A stretch of 64,000 nucleotides of DNA, taken from NCBI GenBank assembly GCA_013152435.1, contig JAADGJ010000059.1, positions 24,558 to 88,557 on the forward strand. The letters run 5' to 3'. The position numbers were made by a program, and so were the translations under genes. Source of the DNA: Chloroflexota bacterium. GTDB taxonomy: Bacteria > Chloroflexota > Anaerolineae > DUEN01. The notes under the pieces are model-generated. The model made no database searches, was not told where the DNA came from, and saw only the letters and a program-made list of their open reading frames with translations. Positions within the stretch are counted from its first letter, which is position 1; every line of letters starts with the position of its first letter. Positions 42,478 through 51,787 of the stretch are shown piece by piece.

Positions 42478-42868
42478 GGGGTGTCCCTCCTGCCGGTAAT
42501 GGTGGTGCTACCCCCATGATGGGCTGTGAGAGGACGCAGGCTGATCTGGAGCGCGAGGATGAGCGGATTCACTGCATGAGTTGATCGCCTGCGCGCAGCC
42601 TTTGGGGCGACGCCATGCCGTTTGCTGTCCTCCACCTGTCGTCGTGCGGGTGGCGACAAGATTCGGCGGGTGGTAGGTGTGATCGTGCACGAACGCGTGC
42701 ATCCGGGGCGCATCGTACCGCAGAATAGGCGAAAGTGCAAGTCGTTTTCGTGATCCTCGTTTGTCCAGGACGCGATGCGAGGCCGGGAGCTGCCCACCTG
42801 ATCCAGGTGTTGGGGGGATCGGGGCGCGGTCCCGGATGTCTATCCAGGTGTGATGGGGAATGGAGGGG

Positions 42869-44481
42869 TTACATGCTGGGGGCGGCGGCGGGGATGACGT
42901 CTTGGATGGCCACCTCCTGCGGTTGATAGGGCGCAAGCGCGGGTTGTTTGCGGGGGAGCGTGACGCGGAAGGTGCTACCCCTTCCGACCTCGCTCTCCAC
43001 CTCGACGTCGCCGCCGTGTGCTTTGACGATCTCTTTCACGATGAGCAACCCCAGGCCGGTGCCCTGAATGCATCGGGTGTGCTCATTGGCCACACGTGTG
43101 TATTTGGAGAAGAGAAGCGGGATCTGGCCGGCGGGTATGCCGATCCCATTGTCGCTTACCTCGATCACAAGGCTGTCCGGCTGGGTTCGAAGCCTGACGG
43201 TGATGCGGCCACCCTGGGGGGTGTATTTGATGGCGTTGCTGAGGAGGTTGGTGACGACCTGTCCCACCCGCTCCCCGTCCACCCAGGCGATGGCGGGCTC
43301 GTCAGGGACCTGAACCTCCAGTGTGTGCTGCCGCTGATGCGCCAGCGGTTGGATCTCTCGCACGGCCTCCCGGATGACCTGGCTGACATCCGTCTCCGCC
43401 GGCTGGAGGCGCAGGAACCCCGCATCGATCGCGGAGTAGTCCAGGAAGTCGTTGATAAGATCCAGGAGCTTGCGTATGGATCGCCGGATGATATCCATCA
43501 TCTCCTTTTGAGCCTCGTTTAGCGGGCCGGCGGTCTCCTGGATCAGCAGGTCAACGAATCCCGTGATGGCCATGGCCGGGCTGCGCAGATCGTGCGTGAT
43601 CATGGAGTAGAAGTCGGCCTTCATGCGCTCCAGCTCTTTCTCCTGAGAGATGTCGTGTAGGCTGATGATGGCTCCTGGAAGCCCATCGCTGTGTAGGCGC
43701 ACCGGGTTCAGGGTCACGCTGAAGACGCGGCCGTCCTGATTCGATCCCGTGAACGGGTTGGGGATCTCTATGCGGACCGGCTCCTTGGAGGACAGGGCCT
43801 GTTGCAGGCTCGTGAGGAGCTGTTTGTGAATGGGGAGCTGGGAGATCGGCTGCCCGATGACCTCTTCCAGGGAAATGCCGAGCTCTTTTTCCGCCTGAGG
43901 GTTCATGAGAAGGATGCGACCCTCTTGATCGACGGCGATCACGATCTCCGAGATGCTGAAGAGGATCTCCCGGAGTTTATTCCGTTCCTCCTGTAACTCG
44001 TTGCGTGCCTGTTGAAGCTCCCGTACGGTCGCTTCTAGCTCTCGGTTCTTCTGCCGGATCTCTTGTTCCAGTTGAATCCGTCGAACCTGGCTTTCCCGAA
44101 ACTCGAGAGCGCGGTGGACGATGTGCCAGAATTCGTCCAGACCCTTGCCGATGGAGATCTGGGACTTCTCGACGTAGCCGTCGGCGCCCTGCTGGACGGC
44201 TTCGATGGCCGTTTTGATGTCGCCGTGCCCGGTGATCATCACGATGCAGGTGTCCTGATCGCGGGAGCGGATCTCCTTGAGGAGGGCAATCCCATCCGTA
44301 TCCGGCAGCATGAGATCGAGCAGGATCAGATCAAAGGACTCCGTCTCGTGTAGCCTCATCCCGGTTGTGCCATCGCTGGCGATCGAGACATCATGTCCCA
44401 TACGGGTCAACAGTCGCTCAAGATACCGACAAATCGTGAGGCTGTCATCGATCACCAGGACGCGTAGGTGCTCTCGCATCA
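42869..44481 (-). CDS. hybrid sensor histidine kinase with N-terminal receiver and PAS domain
   Basis: REC (LVIDDS..DLILLDLMLPDTDG..KS), coiled coil, PAS, H-box THDLRSPA and HATPase_c (NLLSNAIKYT, DNGIGI, GTGLGLLIVK). The start is taken at MREHLRVLVIDD. Confidence 0.8.
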
Positions 44482-44743
44482 GATCTTCGCTCCCTTGTGC
44501 TCGTATTCGGATCGTGCATAGGTGCGGCGCAAACGATTCCATGCCCATTATACGGTGGTTGTGAGAAGCTTAAAATAGGACATTCGGTGCGCATCGGGCG
44601 ATATCGCTGCGAATAGGGGCGGGGTAGAGATCGTTATTAAGGATGGCACAGGATCGAAGGGCCGGAGGAGGGCCCTTCTGGGTCCCATATTTCCCTGGGT
44701 CTGTTATCGGCTTAGGAAAAGCTCTGAAAGTGGCGCCGCGCGT

Positions 44744-44772
44744 TTGACAAATCCGCAAACGCGTGCTAAACT
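44744..44772 (+). promoter_or_regulatory. consensus-like promoter TTGACA-17-TAAACT upstream of tRNA-Leu
   Basis: Perfect -35 box and 17-nt spacer, about 22 nt upstream of the tRNA 5' end. Confidence 0.45.
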
Positions 44773-44794
44773 TAGTCGTGAAATTAGAATTCGT

Positions 44795-44882
44795 GCCGAA
44801 GTGGCGGAACAGGCAGACGCGCTACGTTCAGGGCGTAGTGGGCTTTACGCCCGTGTGGGTTCAACTCCCACCTTCGGCACCA
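44795..44882 (+). tRNA. tRNA-Leu (anticodon CAG), class II with long variable arm
   Basis: Acceptor GCCGAAG/CTTCGGC, D arm GCGG..., anticodon stem CTACG/CGTAG with loop TTCAGGG, variable arm TGGGCTTTACGCCCGTG, T arm GTGGGTTCAACTCCCAC, discriminator A and encoded CCA. Confidence 0.85.
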
Positions 44883-44891
44883 GGCGGTGAT

Positions 44892-44922
44892 CCCAGCGCT
44901 GCAGGGCAGGCTGGGATTTTGT
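44892..44922 (+). terminator. hairpin CCCAGCGCTGC..GCAGGCTGGG followed by ATTTTGTT
   Basis: Immediately 3' of tRNA-Leu. Confidence 0.35.
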
Positions 44923-44953
44923 TACGGCTCCGTCTCTGAAAGGAGCGACGATC

Positions 44954-45355
44954 GTGTCTTACCGGATGCGGCGATATTCGCTGAACCTGTCGCAGTGGAT
45001 GATATTGATCACGATCGTGTTCCTGGCGCTTCTGGGGGTGGGATATATCGAGCGCCGGGCGACGCTGGCCTCCCTGAAGGGCGAGCTGGCGCAGACGAGG
45101 GAGATGGTTCAGGGGGCTCAGCAGCGTCAGGGTGAGCTGTTGGGGTATCTGGAGTATGTCCGGAAGGACTTGCACATCGATGCGATGGCTCGTTCATTGT
45201 TGGGGTGGGCGAAGCCGGAGGACGTGGCAGTGGATGTGATCCCGGAGGATGCCCCTCTGCCGACGCCGGAGATCGCGGAGCCCTTGCAGGAGGAGGAGCA
45301 GGGACAGAGGCGGATGCCGTGGCAGGCGTGGTGGGATCTGTTCTTCGGCCCATAG
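44954..45355 (+). CDS. FtsB/DivIC/FtsL-like septum formation initiator family membrane protein
   Basis: GTG start with AAAGGAG RBS, one transmembrane helix (WMILITIVFLALLGVGYI), a coiled-coil segment and an acidic Pro-rich tail. Confidence 0.55.
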   Translation: MSYRMRRYSLNLSQWMILITIVFLALLGVGYIERRATLASLKGELAQTREMVQGAQQRQGELLGYLEYVRKDLHIDAMARSLLGWAKPEDVAVDVIPEDAPLPTPEIAEPLQEEEQGQRRMPWQAWWDLFFGP

Positions 45356-45419
45356 CGGGATATCTTGTGGCCATGGAATTTGACAGTCGTGCCGCCGCCG
45401 AGTATAATCGTAAGCGTGC

Positions 45420-45493
45420 TGCGGGGTGGAGCAGAGGCAGCTCGTCGGGCTCATAACCCGAAGGTCGCAGGTTCGAATCCTGCCCCCGCTACC
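45420..45493 (+). tRNA. initiator tRNA-fMet (anticodon CAT)
   Basis: Three consecutive G-C pairs closing the anticodon stem (TCGGG CTCATAA CCCGA) and an unpaired 1:72 position (U:U). High identity to canonical initiator tRNA. The 3' end reads ACCT, so CCA is not fully encoded. Confidence 0.8.
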
Positions 45494-45497
45494 TAAA

Positions 45498-45536
45498 GGC
45501 TGATGGGTTTGGGAGGGTTTCCACCATCAGCTTTTC
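45498..45536 (+). terminator. hairpin GGCTGATGG..CCATCAGC followed by TTTTCGCTC between the two Met tRNAs
   Basis: 8-bp stem plus T tract. It could be a processing or attenuation structure. Confidence 0.3.
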
Positions 45537-45549
45537 GCTCTCAGCGTGT

Positions 45550-45624
45550 GGCGACGTAGCTCAGATGGCAGAGCAAGCGGCTCATAATCGCTGGGTCACT
45601 GGTTCGAGTCCAGTCGTCGCCACC
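45550..45624 (+). tRNA. tRNA-Met elongator (anticodon CAT; tRNA-Ile2-lysidine cannot be excluded)
   Basis: Acceptor GGCGACG/CGTCGCC, anticodon loop CTCATAA, T arm CTGGTTCGAGTCCAG and discriminator A. The 3' end reads ACCT. Confidence 0.75.
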
Positions 45625-45663
45625 TGCCACTAGATGCCGTGGCATCGCTTTGTTACCCTGTTA

Positions 45664-45702
45664 CCCCTCGTGGTCGAGGTATGCCGCGAGGGGTATTTTT
45701 GT
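45664..45702 (+). terminator. rho-independent terminator CCCCTCGTGG-loop-CCGCGAGGGG + TATTTTTGT
   Basis: 10-bp GC-rich stem followed by a T-run downstream of the tRNA cluster. Confidence 0.55.
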
Positions 45703-45779
45703 AAGCGACGCAAGAAAGGCGCCTTCTGTGGGCTTTTCCCAGGCGGGGGATTTATCTGTCGCTGTCCATCTGTGAGCGA

Positions 45780-45979
45780 GGGCGACTCATGAATCGCCCC
45801 ATTGGTATCAAGGTATGCGATACGGAAGCGTGGCCTCGCATCTCTGGGGTGGCTCGGAGGGGCTCTCCCTCCGCACCTCCCCTTTCAGGTGTGACCGCCT
45901 GTGGAGGGAAAAAGCAACAGGCGGGGGGCTCACCCACGCTGTTCAGTTGATGCGAATGGGGCGACTCATGAATCGTCCC
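45780..45979 (+). repeat. family-2 structured intergenic repeat, copy E (core 45801-45957 flanked by direct repeats GGGCGACTCATGAATCG(C/T)CCC)
   Basis: The core aligns with copies D and G. The flanking 21-nt hairpin is duplicated with one mismatch. It lies next to the tRNA cluster. Confidence 0.7.
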
Positions 45980-46057
45980 TGCCCCGGCAACGCCCATGAG
46001 GGAGACCACTGGCGAGATCACGCTCAATAATCCACATCGAAAGTCACGCGTGTAAAC

Positions 46058-47284
46058 ATGGCACAACCCAACGAGATCGACTATAAATCCTTTTTGCGAA
46101 CCCTCGGGCGCCCTATTGTCGTCCTGCTGACGCTTCAACTGATGGGGGGCATGATCCTCGCCCCGCATCTCACCTTTTTCCCGCTTTACCTGAAGGACTT
46201 GGGCCACTCCACCATTGTGATCGCCAACATCGTCGCCGCCAGGCAGGTGGCGGGGTTGATCGCGTCCCTGGTCGGTGGCACCCTGAGCGACTCGGTGGGG
46301 CGGAAATGGACGCTGCTATTGGGGAACGTGGGCTATCTGGTGTCCAGCTTCGCGTTTCTCGTCCTTTCGCCGGGTTGGATCGGACTTCTATGGATCATCG
46401 GCGGGTTTGGGCAGGGCTTGCACACCCTGGGCGGGCAGAGTTATCTGATGGACACTGCTGCCCCCCAGTTTCTCGGCCTGACCTCGGCTTTGTACAACTG
46501 GGGCTATACGCTCGGCGGCGTGCTCAGCAGCCCTATCGCGGGCTGGATCCTCGATCGTTGGGACTATGGCGTCTTTGCCAGAGTGTTGGTCGTGTTCTCC
46601 ATTGGCACGGTGGCGCTCAACCAATTCGTCTTGCCACGCTCCCCCGTGGAGCACCGGACGCAGGCTCCCGGCCTGAGTCGCTTCTTCGGCTATGGCGATA
46701 TCGCCCCTCGTCCCACCGTGCTGATTCTGGCCACGCTGCGCTTCCTGCCCACGTTCTACTATGCGATCATGCTGGTCCTGATCCCCTTGCTGCTGGACGC
46801 CGCCGGGGCCAGCAAGACGATCATCGCCTGGTACGCCACGATCAGCTGGATAGCGGCCTCCCTCGCTCAGGCCGTCGTGGGATATGCCGCGGACCGGTGG
46901 AACCCCATCCCGGCGACGGCGATGACCTTTGCCGCGCTGCTCGCCAGCATGCTCGGCATCGGGCTCCGATCTTCCAGCCTGTGGGTCGTGTTCACTTTTG
47001 GGACCGTGGGCATCGCCGCTGCGTGGTCGCTGTCGACCCTGTTGCCCAGCCTTGTCGCTCTGGCCACCGTCCCGGAGGAGCGCGGGCGCGTCTTGGGATT
47101 CATCCATTTGTGGTGGAACCTCGCCATGATCATCGGGTCGATGGCCAGCGGGGCGCTGTTCGAGATCGCCTCCGGATTGCCCTTCTTGGTCGCCGGCATC
47201 GCCAACATCGGCTCCCTGGCTCTGCTGTTCGTCTATCATCGCCTCGTCGCACCGTCGCGTGCCTTGCCTTCCTCCCCCCGCTAA
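46058..47284 (+). CDS. MFS-family transporter
   Basis: 12 predicted transmembrane segments and the MFS loop motif GTLSDSVGRKWTLL. Confidence 0.8.
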   Translation: MAQPNEIDYKSFLRTLGRPIVVLLTLQLMGGMILAPHLTFFPLYLKDLGHSTIVIANIVAARQVAGLIASLVGGTLSDSVGRKWTLLLGNVGYLVSSFAFLVLSPGWIGLLWIIGGFGQGLHTLGGQSYLMDTAAPQFLGLTSALYNWGYTLGGVLSSPIAGWILDRWDYGVFARVLVVFSIGTVALNQFVLPRSPVEHRTQAPGLSRFFGYGDIAPRPTVLILATLRFLPTFYYAIMLVLIPLLLDAAGASKTIIAWYATISWIAASLAQAVVGYAADRWNPIPATAMTFAALLASMLGIGLRSSSLWVVFTFGTVGIAAAWSLSTLLPSLVALATVPEERGRVLGFIHLWWNLAMIIGSMASGALFEIASGLPFLVAGIANIGSLALLFVYHRLVAPSRALPSSPR

Positions 47285-49272
47285 CGCTCTGTTTGTTGAT
47301 CGCGTTCGCCAGGGGGCAACAGGTCCACGCGGCGGATCTCCCAGAGGCGATCGTGCCGTAAGGCCTCCTCCTGCCGGATTTCCGTCCCCTGTGTGTCCGG
47401 TTCCAGCTGCCAGATACTGCCCGGAGGGCCGGCGAACGTGAGTCGGAATGGCCACGCGGGGGTGCCGGGTTGCTTCTGAACCATGAGTCGGTAGGCATCC
47501 CGCGTGACGACCCCCTCGGGCAGCCGATATATGAGCCGTACGACATGCGCCGTCCCCGGCTTCATCACGAAATATCCGGCGATCTCCCACGTTTCCTTCT
47601 CGCCAGGTTCCTCCTGCACGCTCCCCGGGTCCAATCCTTCCGCCTCCAGCAGCCGGGAGCCGTCTGGCACGTACACGCGCAGGTAGTTCCAATAACAGCG
47701 GCGTGTCATGTCTGCATATGTGCGGCCGTACTCCGGCCGGTGGACACAAGAGGGCAGCTCGATCTGGACGGGATGCGTGTAGGTGAGCGTCAGCCGGGCG
47801 GTCCAGCCGTTCTCTTGCCAGGTGACGGCGTAGTCCATCTGACGGGCGACGACCGCGTTGACCTTGTTATATCCCACGTTCGTGTCGAACACGGCCAGAT
47901 AGTCCTGCTCTCCCGGGTGCAGGCCGCCGTCCCATCCCAACGTCGTGATCACCGCCTGGGCCTCCGGGTGGTTCACGTAGATCAGGATGTGCTTCTCACG
48001 GGCCGCCTTCCAAAACGCGTATCCCAGCCGTTGGAGATCCACGTCTCCACCGCTCAGCCGCTGGACGGCCGCCTGCACGAGGGCGGGCATGAAGTCCTTT
48101 CGCCGCCGCCACCATTCCCTGGAATCTTGCTCAATGGTCAGTCCCTCGGCCGGCTGTTCCCAGGCCGCCTTGATCTGGGACAGGACGTTCTTCCTCGTGA
48201 GGGGTTTCTCGGCACCGGGGACGTGGAGTGGCTCCAGCGCGCCGACGAGCTCCTGCACGGCGATCAGGTCGAAGGCGATGACGCCGTGGGTAGCCACGCC
48301 CTGATCCAGCTCGTACAGCGTCTGCATGATGCGAGCGCTGGTGGGGAAATCCGGGGACCAGTTGGCGTCCCGCAGGAAGAGGAGTTCGGCGCCCATGTAG
48401 CGGCGTAACGGCTCCGGCGCGGGTGGGTGGGGCTGGTCCAGATTGTCGACGGCGTAGCTGTCCCGGAACGTGAGATCCACGATCCGTCCGTCGATCAGGC
48501 GAACCAATCCGGCCCCGCTGATGAACCCGCCGGTGGCCCGTAGCTCGTCGCTGTTCTGGGCGATGATCAGGTAGGCCCGCTCGCCCTGGGCGCCCAGGAG
48601 GTCTGGCAGGTGGGGCAGGAGATCCACCAAGGGCCGTCCCGCGGCGAGAAGATCCCGGCCCCGTCGCAGGCGATCTCCCCAGACGGGGGGGAGGCGTCCC
48701 GGATCGACCCGTTGGAGCGCCGCGCTGGCCTGGTCCAGATGGGCTCCCACCGAGCGCCAGGCCGGCGCTCCGGCCTCCAGATAGGGCAACACCCGCGCCA
48801 GGATGTCGACCTGCGCGGCGTCGCCTGGGGAATCGCCCGGCCGCCTCAGCGCTTCCAGCATGGGCAGCGCCTGTTCCGCCCCGATACGGCCGGCGCTGAC
48901 CAACGCGATCCCCGCCTCCAGCAGATCGGGGGCGATGCTGATCTCATAGCCATAGCGGGGCAGCGGCTCCAGGCGCCGCATGAGCGGGAAAAAGGGCTCG
49001 ATCTCGTCCCGCAGGCTGGTGAGCTCGGCCTCCATGGTGCCCAGAAGCGGAGGCAGATCTTTCCACTGCGCCGGGTCCTGAGGCTGTGCGAGCGCCTGGC
49101 GAGCCGTCGACTTCAGCTGTTGAGCGGTGGCCCATATGGCCCGGGCGTGGGTGTAGACGCGATAAGCCTTGAACCCGGCCCAGCCGAGGGAGATCAGGAT
49201 GATACTCGTGAGCGCCAGGATCAGGAATCGGCGATAAGGTGTGCCTCGTCGTGATGGCAGAGAGCGTGTCAT
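47281..49272 (-). CDS. N-terminally membrane-anchored hypothetical protein (DUF4012-like?)
   Basis: 663 aa with a single N-terminal transmembrane helix (FLILALTSIILISLGWAGF) and a large extracytoplasmic domain. It is the last gene of the long minus-strand envelope operon. Confidence 0.55.
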   Translation of the reverse strand: MTRSLPSRRGTPYRRFLILALTSIILISLGWAGFKAYRVYTHARAIWATAQQLKSTARQALAQPQDPAQWKDLPPLLGTMEAELTSLRDEIEPFFPLMRRLEPLPRYGYEISIAPDLLEAGIALVSAGRIGAEQALPMLEALRRPGDSPGDAAQVDILARVLPYLEAGAPAWRSVGAHLDQASAALQRVDPGRLPPVWGDRLRRGRDLLAAGRPLVDLLPHLPDLLGAQGERAYLIIAQNSDELRATGGFISGAGLVRLIDGRIVDLTFRDSYAVDNLDQPHPPAPEPLRRYMGAELLFLRDANWSPDFPTSARIMQTLYELDQGVATHGVIAFDLIAVQELVGALEPLHVPGAEKPLTRKNVLSQIKAAWEQPAEGLTIEQDSREWWRRRKDFMPALVQAAVQRLSGGDVDLQRLGYAFWKAAREKHILIYVNHPEAQAVITTLGWDGGLHPGEQDYLAVFDTNVGYNKVNAVVARQMDYAVTWQENGWTARLTLTYTHPVQIELPSCVHRPEYGRTYADMTRRCYWNYLRVYVPDGSRLLEAEGLDPGSVQEEPGEKETWEIAGYFVMKPGTAHVVRLIYRLPEGVVTRDAYRLMVQKQPGTPAWPFRLTFAGPPGSIWQLEPDTQGTEIRQEEALRHDRLWEIRRVDLLPPGERDQQTER

Positions 49273-49282
49273 CAGTACAGCC

Positions 49283-50848
49283 CTACGGGGTGTGCGGTTT
49301 CAGCAAATACAGTGGACCCTTGCGGATGGCGCTGTAGCGGGTGAGCGGATCCACCATCAGCTCCGCCAGGTAGACCGGCCGGACGCGCACGTTTTCATCC
49401 ACCAGCGCGCCGAAATCGGGCGGGGTGGATCGCCCCCCGACCAGCACCACGTCGGGATGCCATCTTGCCACCGTTTCCCGGTACCAGTCAAAGGCGTACA
49501 GGTTGGCGTTGAGGATGGCCACGTCGGGGCGCAGGCCCAGGCCGTAGCGGAAATACCACAGGGAGAACGTCGGCTGATCGGTGGCCGTGATGATGAGAGC
49601 ATCATCCTGGGCCGTGGCCAGCGCCTGTCGCCCGAAGTCCACGGCCTCTCGATCTTCCCCCAGATCTTCGGCCGCCCAGTGCATCCACACCTGCCCGGCC
49701 GGCAGCAGGGCGAGCGCGAACAGAAGGGCCCCGGCGACCGCGCGAGATCGGCCCGGCCAGCGCTCTCGGACCCATTGGATCGCCTCGGCCCCCGTCACCC
49801 AGGCGCCCAGCGCGATCGCGGGCGCCAGCGAGAGGTACACGGGGCTCAGGTAGACGTAGGAGTCCGCCGTGCTGTAGCCCAGCGCGTATACGCTGAACAC
49901 GGCGACGTTCAGGATCGTCATGCTCAGCAGGCCGCGGTGGTTCGCCTCCGCCCACCACAGCCCAAACAGCGCCAGTGCCAGCCCGGGGAGCGTCAGGTTC
50001 TGCAGCAGGAGGGCTGCCCAGCCGGATAGCCGCCACGGAAGCCAGGCGAGGGGGAAGGCGAAGACGAGGGGGCGATATGCCTGTCCGGAGACCAGCCACC
50101 AGAGCCGGGGGAGATCACGAGGGTTCCCCCAGTTCACCGGCGGATCCCGATGAGCGGCCCATGGCAGGTACAGATACGTCAACAGGCCGATCGCGCAGCC
50201 GATGAGGAGCCCCATGAGGGCGCGTCGGGTCAGGCGCGTCCCGCTCAGCCGGATATATGCGAACATCCCCGGGATGAGCAACGCCAGCGAGAGGTGATTC
50301 CCCAGACCCAGGCCGAACAGCAGCCCCACCGCAAGTCCCTGTCTGCCGCGCACGACACCGCCTCCTAGACGGAGCGCCAAGTAGATGAGGGCGGCCGTGA
50401 AGAGCGCGTGGAGCCCGTAGACCTCCGTGATGACCGCCTGGGACCATAGGGTGGGGGCGAAGCCGATGAGCAAGGCCACGATCGCTGCAAGGGGGCGTGC
50501 GATCGCTTGAGGCGCTTGGGCCTCTCGCAGGGATCGCTCACCGGCCAGCGCGATGAAGACGAGCGCGAGGCTGGTGGTGAGCGCGGAGAAGAGATTGCCC
50601 AGGAAGGCAGGAGGGCCGCCTGGCAACGCGAGCATCCCCCGCAGGAGGAGCATGTAGGTGGGATAGCCGGGGGGATGGGGAACGCCGCCGGTCAGTGCAG
50701 CGGTCAACAGATCGCCGCCGTCGGCGCCGTTGTGGGCCCAGGTCAGGTCCGGCGCCAGCGTGGCCCGGTAGACGGCGAAGGCGATGAGCGCTGGCCCGAG
50801 GGGCCACAAGCGGGTGATGGATCTGGGGCGGCCGCGTGTCACTTGCAT
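49283..50848 (-). CDS. DUF2723 / protein-O-mannosyltransferase-like GT-C fold membrane protein
   Basis: N-terminal AVYRATLAPDLTWAHNGADGGDLLTAALTGGVPHPPGYP motif typical of DUF2723/PMT-like proteins; 521 aa with many transmembrane segments. Confidence 0.6.
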   Translation of the reverse strand: MQVTRGRPRSITRLWPLGPALIAFAVYRATLAPDLTWAHNGADGGDLLTAALTGGVPHPPGYPTYMLLLRGMLALPGGPPAFLGNLFSALTTSLALVFIALAGERSLREAQAPQAIARPLAAIVALLIGFAPTLWSQAVITEVYGLHALFTAALIYLALRLGGGVVRGRQGLAVGLLFGLGLGNHLSLALLIPGMFAYIRLSGTRLTRRALMGLLIGCAIGLLTYLYLPWAAHRDPPVNWGNPRDLPRLWWLVSGQAYRPLVFAFPLAWLPWRLSGWAALLLQNLTLPGLALALFGLWWAEANHRGLLSMTILNVAVFSVYALGYSTADSYVYLSPVYLSLAPAIALGAWVTGAEAIQWVRERWPGRSRAVAGALLFALALLPAGQVWMHWAAEDLGEDREAVDFGRQALATAQDDALIITATDQPTFSLWYFRYGLGLRPDVAILNANLYAFDWYRETVARWHPDVVLVGGRSTPPDFGALVDENVRVRPVYLAELMVDPLTRYSAIRKGPLYLLKPHTP

Positions 50849-51771
50849 CGCGATGTGGGCACATGAGCGCCGGTAGGCGGGAGATAGGCCGGCGGGAGGG
50901 GGATGCTGACCCCAGTGGACAGGCGGAGCCCCTCTGTGGTGGCGACCTCGATGATGTTGTCGATGATCTCACCGGGAGGCGCATCGGGTGCGACGATCCC
51001 CATGATGGTGAGCTCGACCGAGGAGCCCGCGGCCACGGTGCCTAGAGCGATCTCTACGATCTGCCCTGTCTGCTCCGATGTCCCCTGGGGTGCCTGGACC
51101 TCCCCCGGGGTGATCACGGGCGGAAGCTCATCACGTACCGTGACGCCTTCGGCGTCGATGGCACCTGTGTTGCTTATGGTAAGCTGGAAGGCCACCTCAC
51201 GGCCGGGAATGGCCCAGGGCGGATCCGTTATGAGGTCCAACGCCAGTTCGGGGAGGGGCTGCGGCGTGTCCGTGGGCGTGGGTGTGGGCGTCGGCGGCGG
51301 GGCCTCGGTGAGGACGGGGATCGCCGAGATGTCCCCTTGCGTTTGGGTCAAAGGCGCGTAGAGCCAGCCCGTGCGTCCTTCATACTCGATGGCCCACCAG
51401 TCTCCCTCGGCATTCTGCCCGAGGATAGGATAGGGCTGCCCTGCGTTCGCGGTCCCGATGATCGCTCGCTCCGTGCTGGGGCCCTCGCGCACGTTCATGT
51501 CCCCTCGGGGGATCGCGACCGGCGCGGCGGGCATGGGCGATGTCTCCGGGGATGAGGGGATAGGCGTGTCCGTGGGCGTAGGCGTGGGGTTTGCGGGCGT
51601 CGCAGTGGGCAGAGGTTCCGGCTTGTGTTGCTTGGTCGGCGTAGGCGTGGGAACCGTTTGCGCGGGGACGCCCGGCTGAGCCCAGGCCGGCGCGCCGGGG
51701 CCGATCGTCGCGAGCAGGATCAGGATCAACAGCGCAGCACCCGTGCTTACAAGCTCTCTCGCCTTGATCAT
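50839..51771 (-). CDS. secreted SH3b-domain + DUF11 (conserved repeat) protein with Pro/Thr-rich linkers
   Basis: Signal peptide, (TPTP)n linkers, SH3b-like block (GDMNVREGPSTER..GWLYAPL) and DUF11-like block (AFQLTISNTG..VTV). Confidence 0.6.
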   Translation of the reverse strand: MIKARELVSTGAALLILILLATIGPGAPAWAQPGVPAQTVPTPTPTKQHKPEPLPTATPANPTPTPTDTPIPSSPETSPMPAAPVAIPRGDMNVREGPSTERAIIGTANAGQPYPILGQNAEGDWWAIEYEGRTGWLYAPLTQTQGDISAIPVLTEAPPPTPTPTPTDTPQPLPELALDLITDPPWAIPGREVAFQLTISNTGAIDAEGVTVRDELPPVITPGEVQAPQGTSEQTGQIVEIALGTVAAGSSVELTIMGIVAPDAPPGEIIDNIIEVATTEGLRLSTGVSIPLPPAYLPPTGAHVPTSRCK

Positions 51772-51787
51772 ATCACAGCCTCACAGG

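Noticed and set aside
45752-46207. 151-aa ORF and other ORFs (2585-3583, 19548-20039, 29610-30056, 59979-60242) spanning the repeat elements
   Set aside because: They are made of repeat sequence. The same translated blocks recur wherever a repeat copy is present, and they are not conserved as a frame between copies.
50839-50890. LPPTG motif near the C-terminus of the SH3b/DUF11 protein, as a possible sortase substrate signal
   Set aside because: The motif is followed by only 11 polar residues (AHVPTSRCK). There is no hydrophobic segment or basic tail, so it is not a sorting signal.
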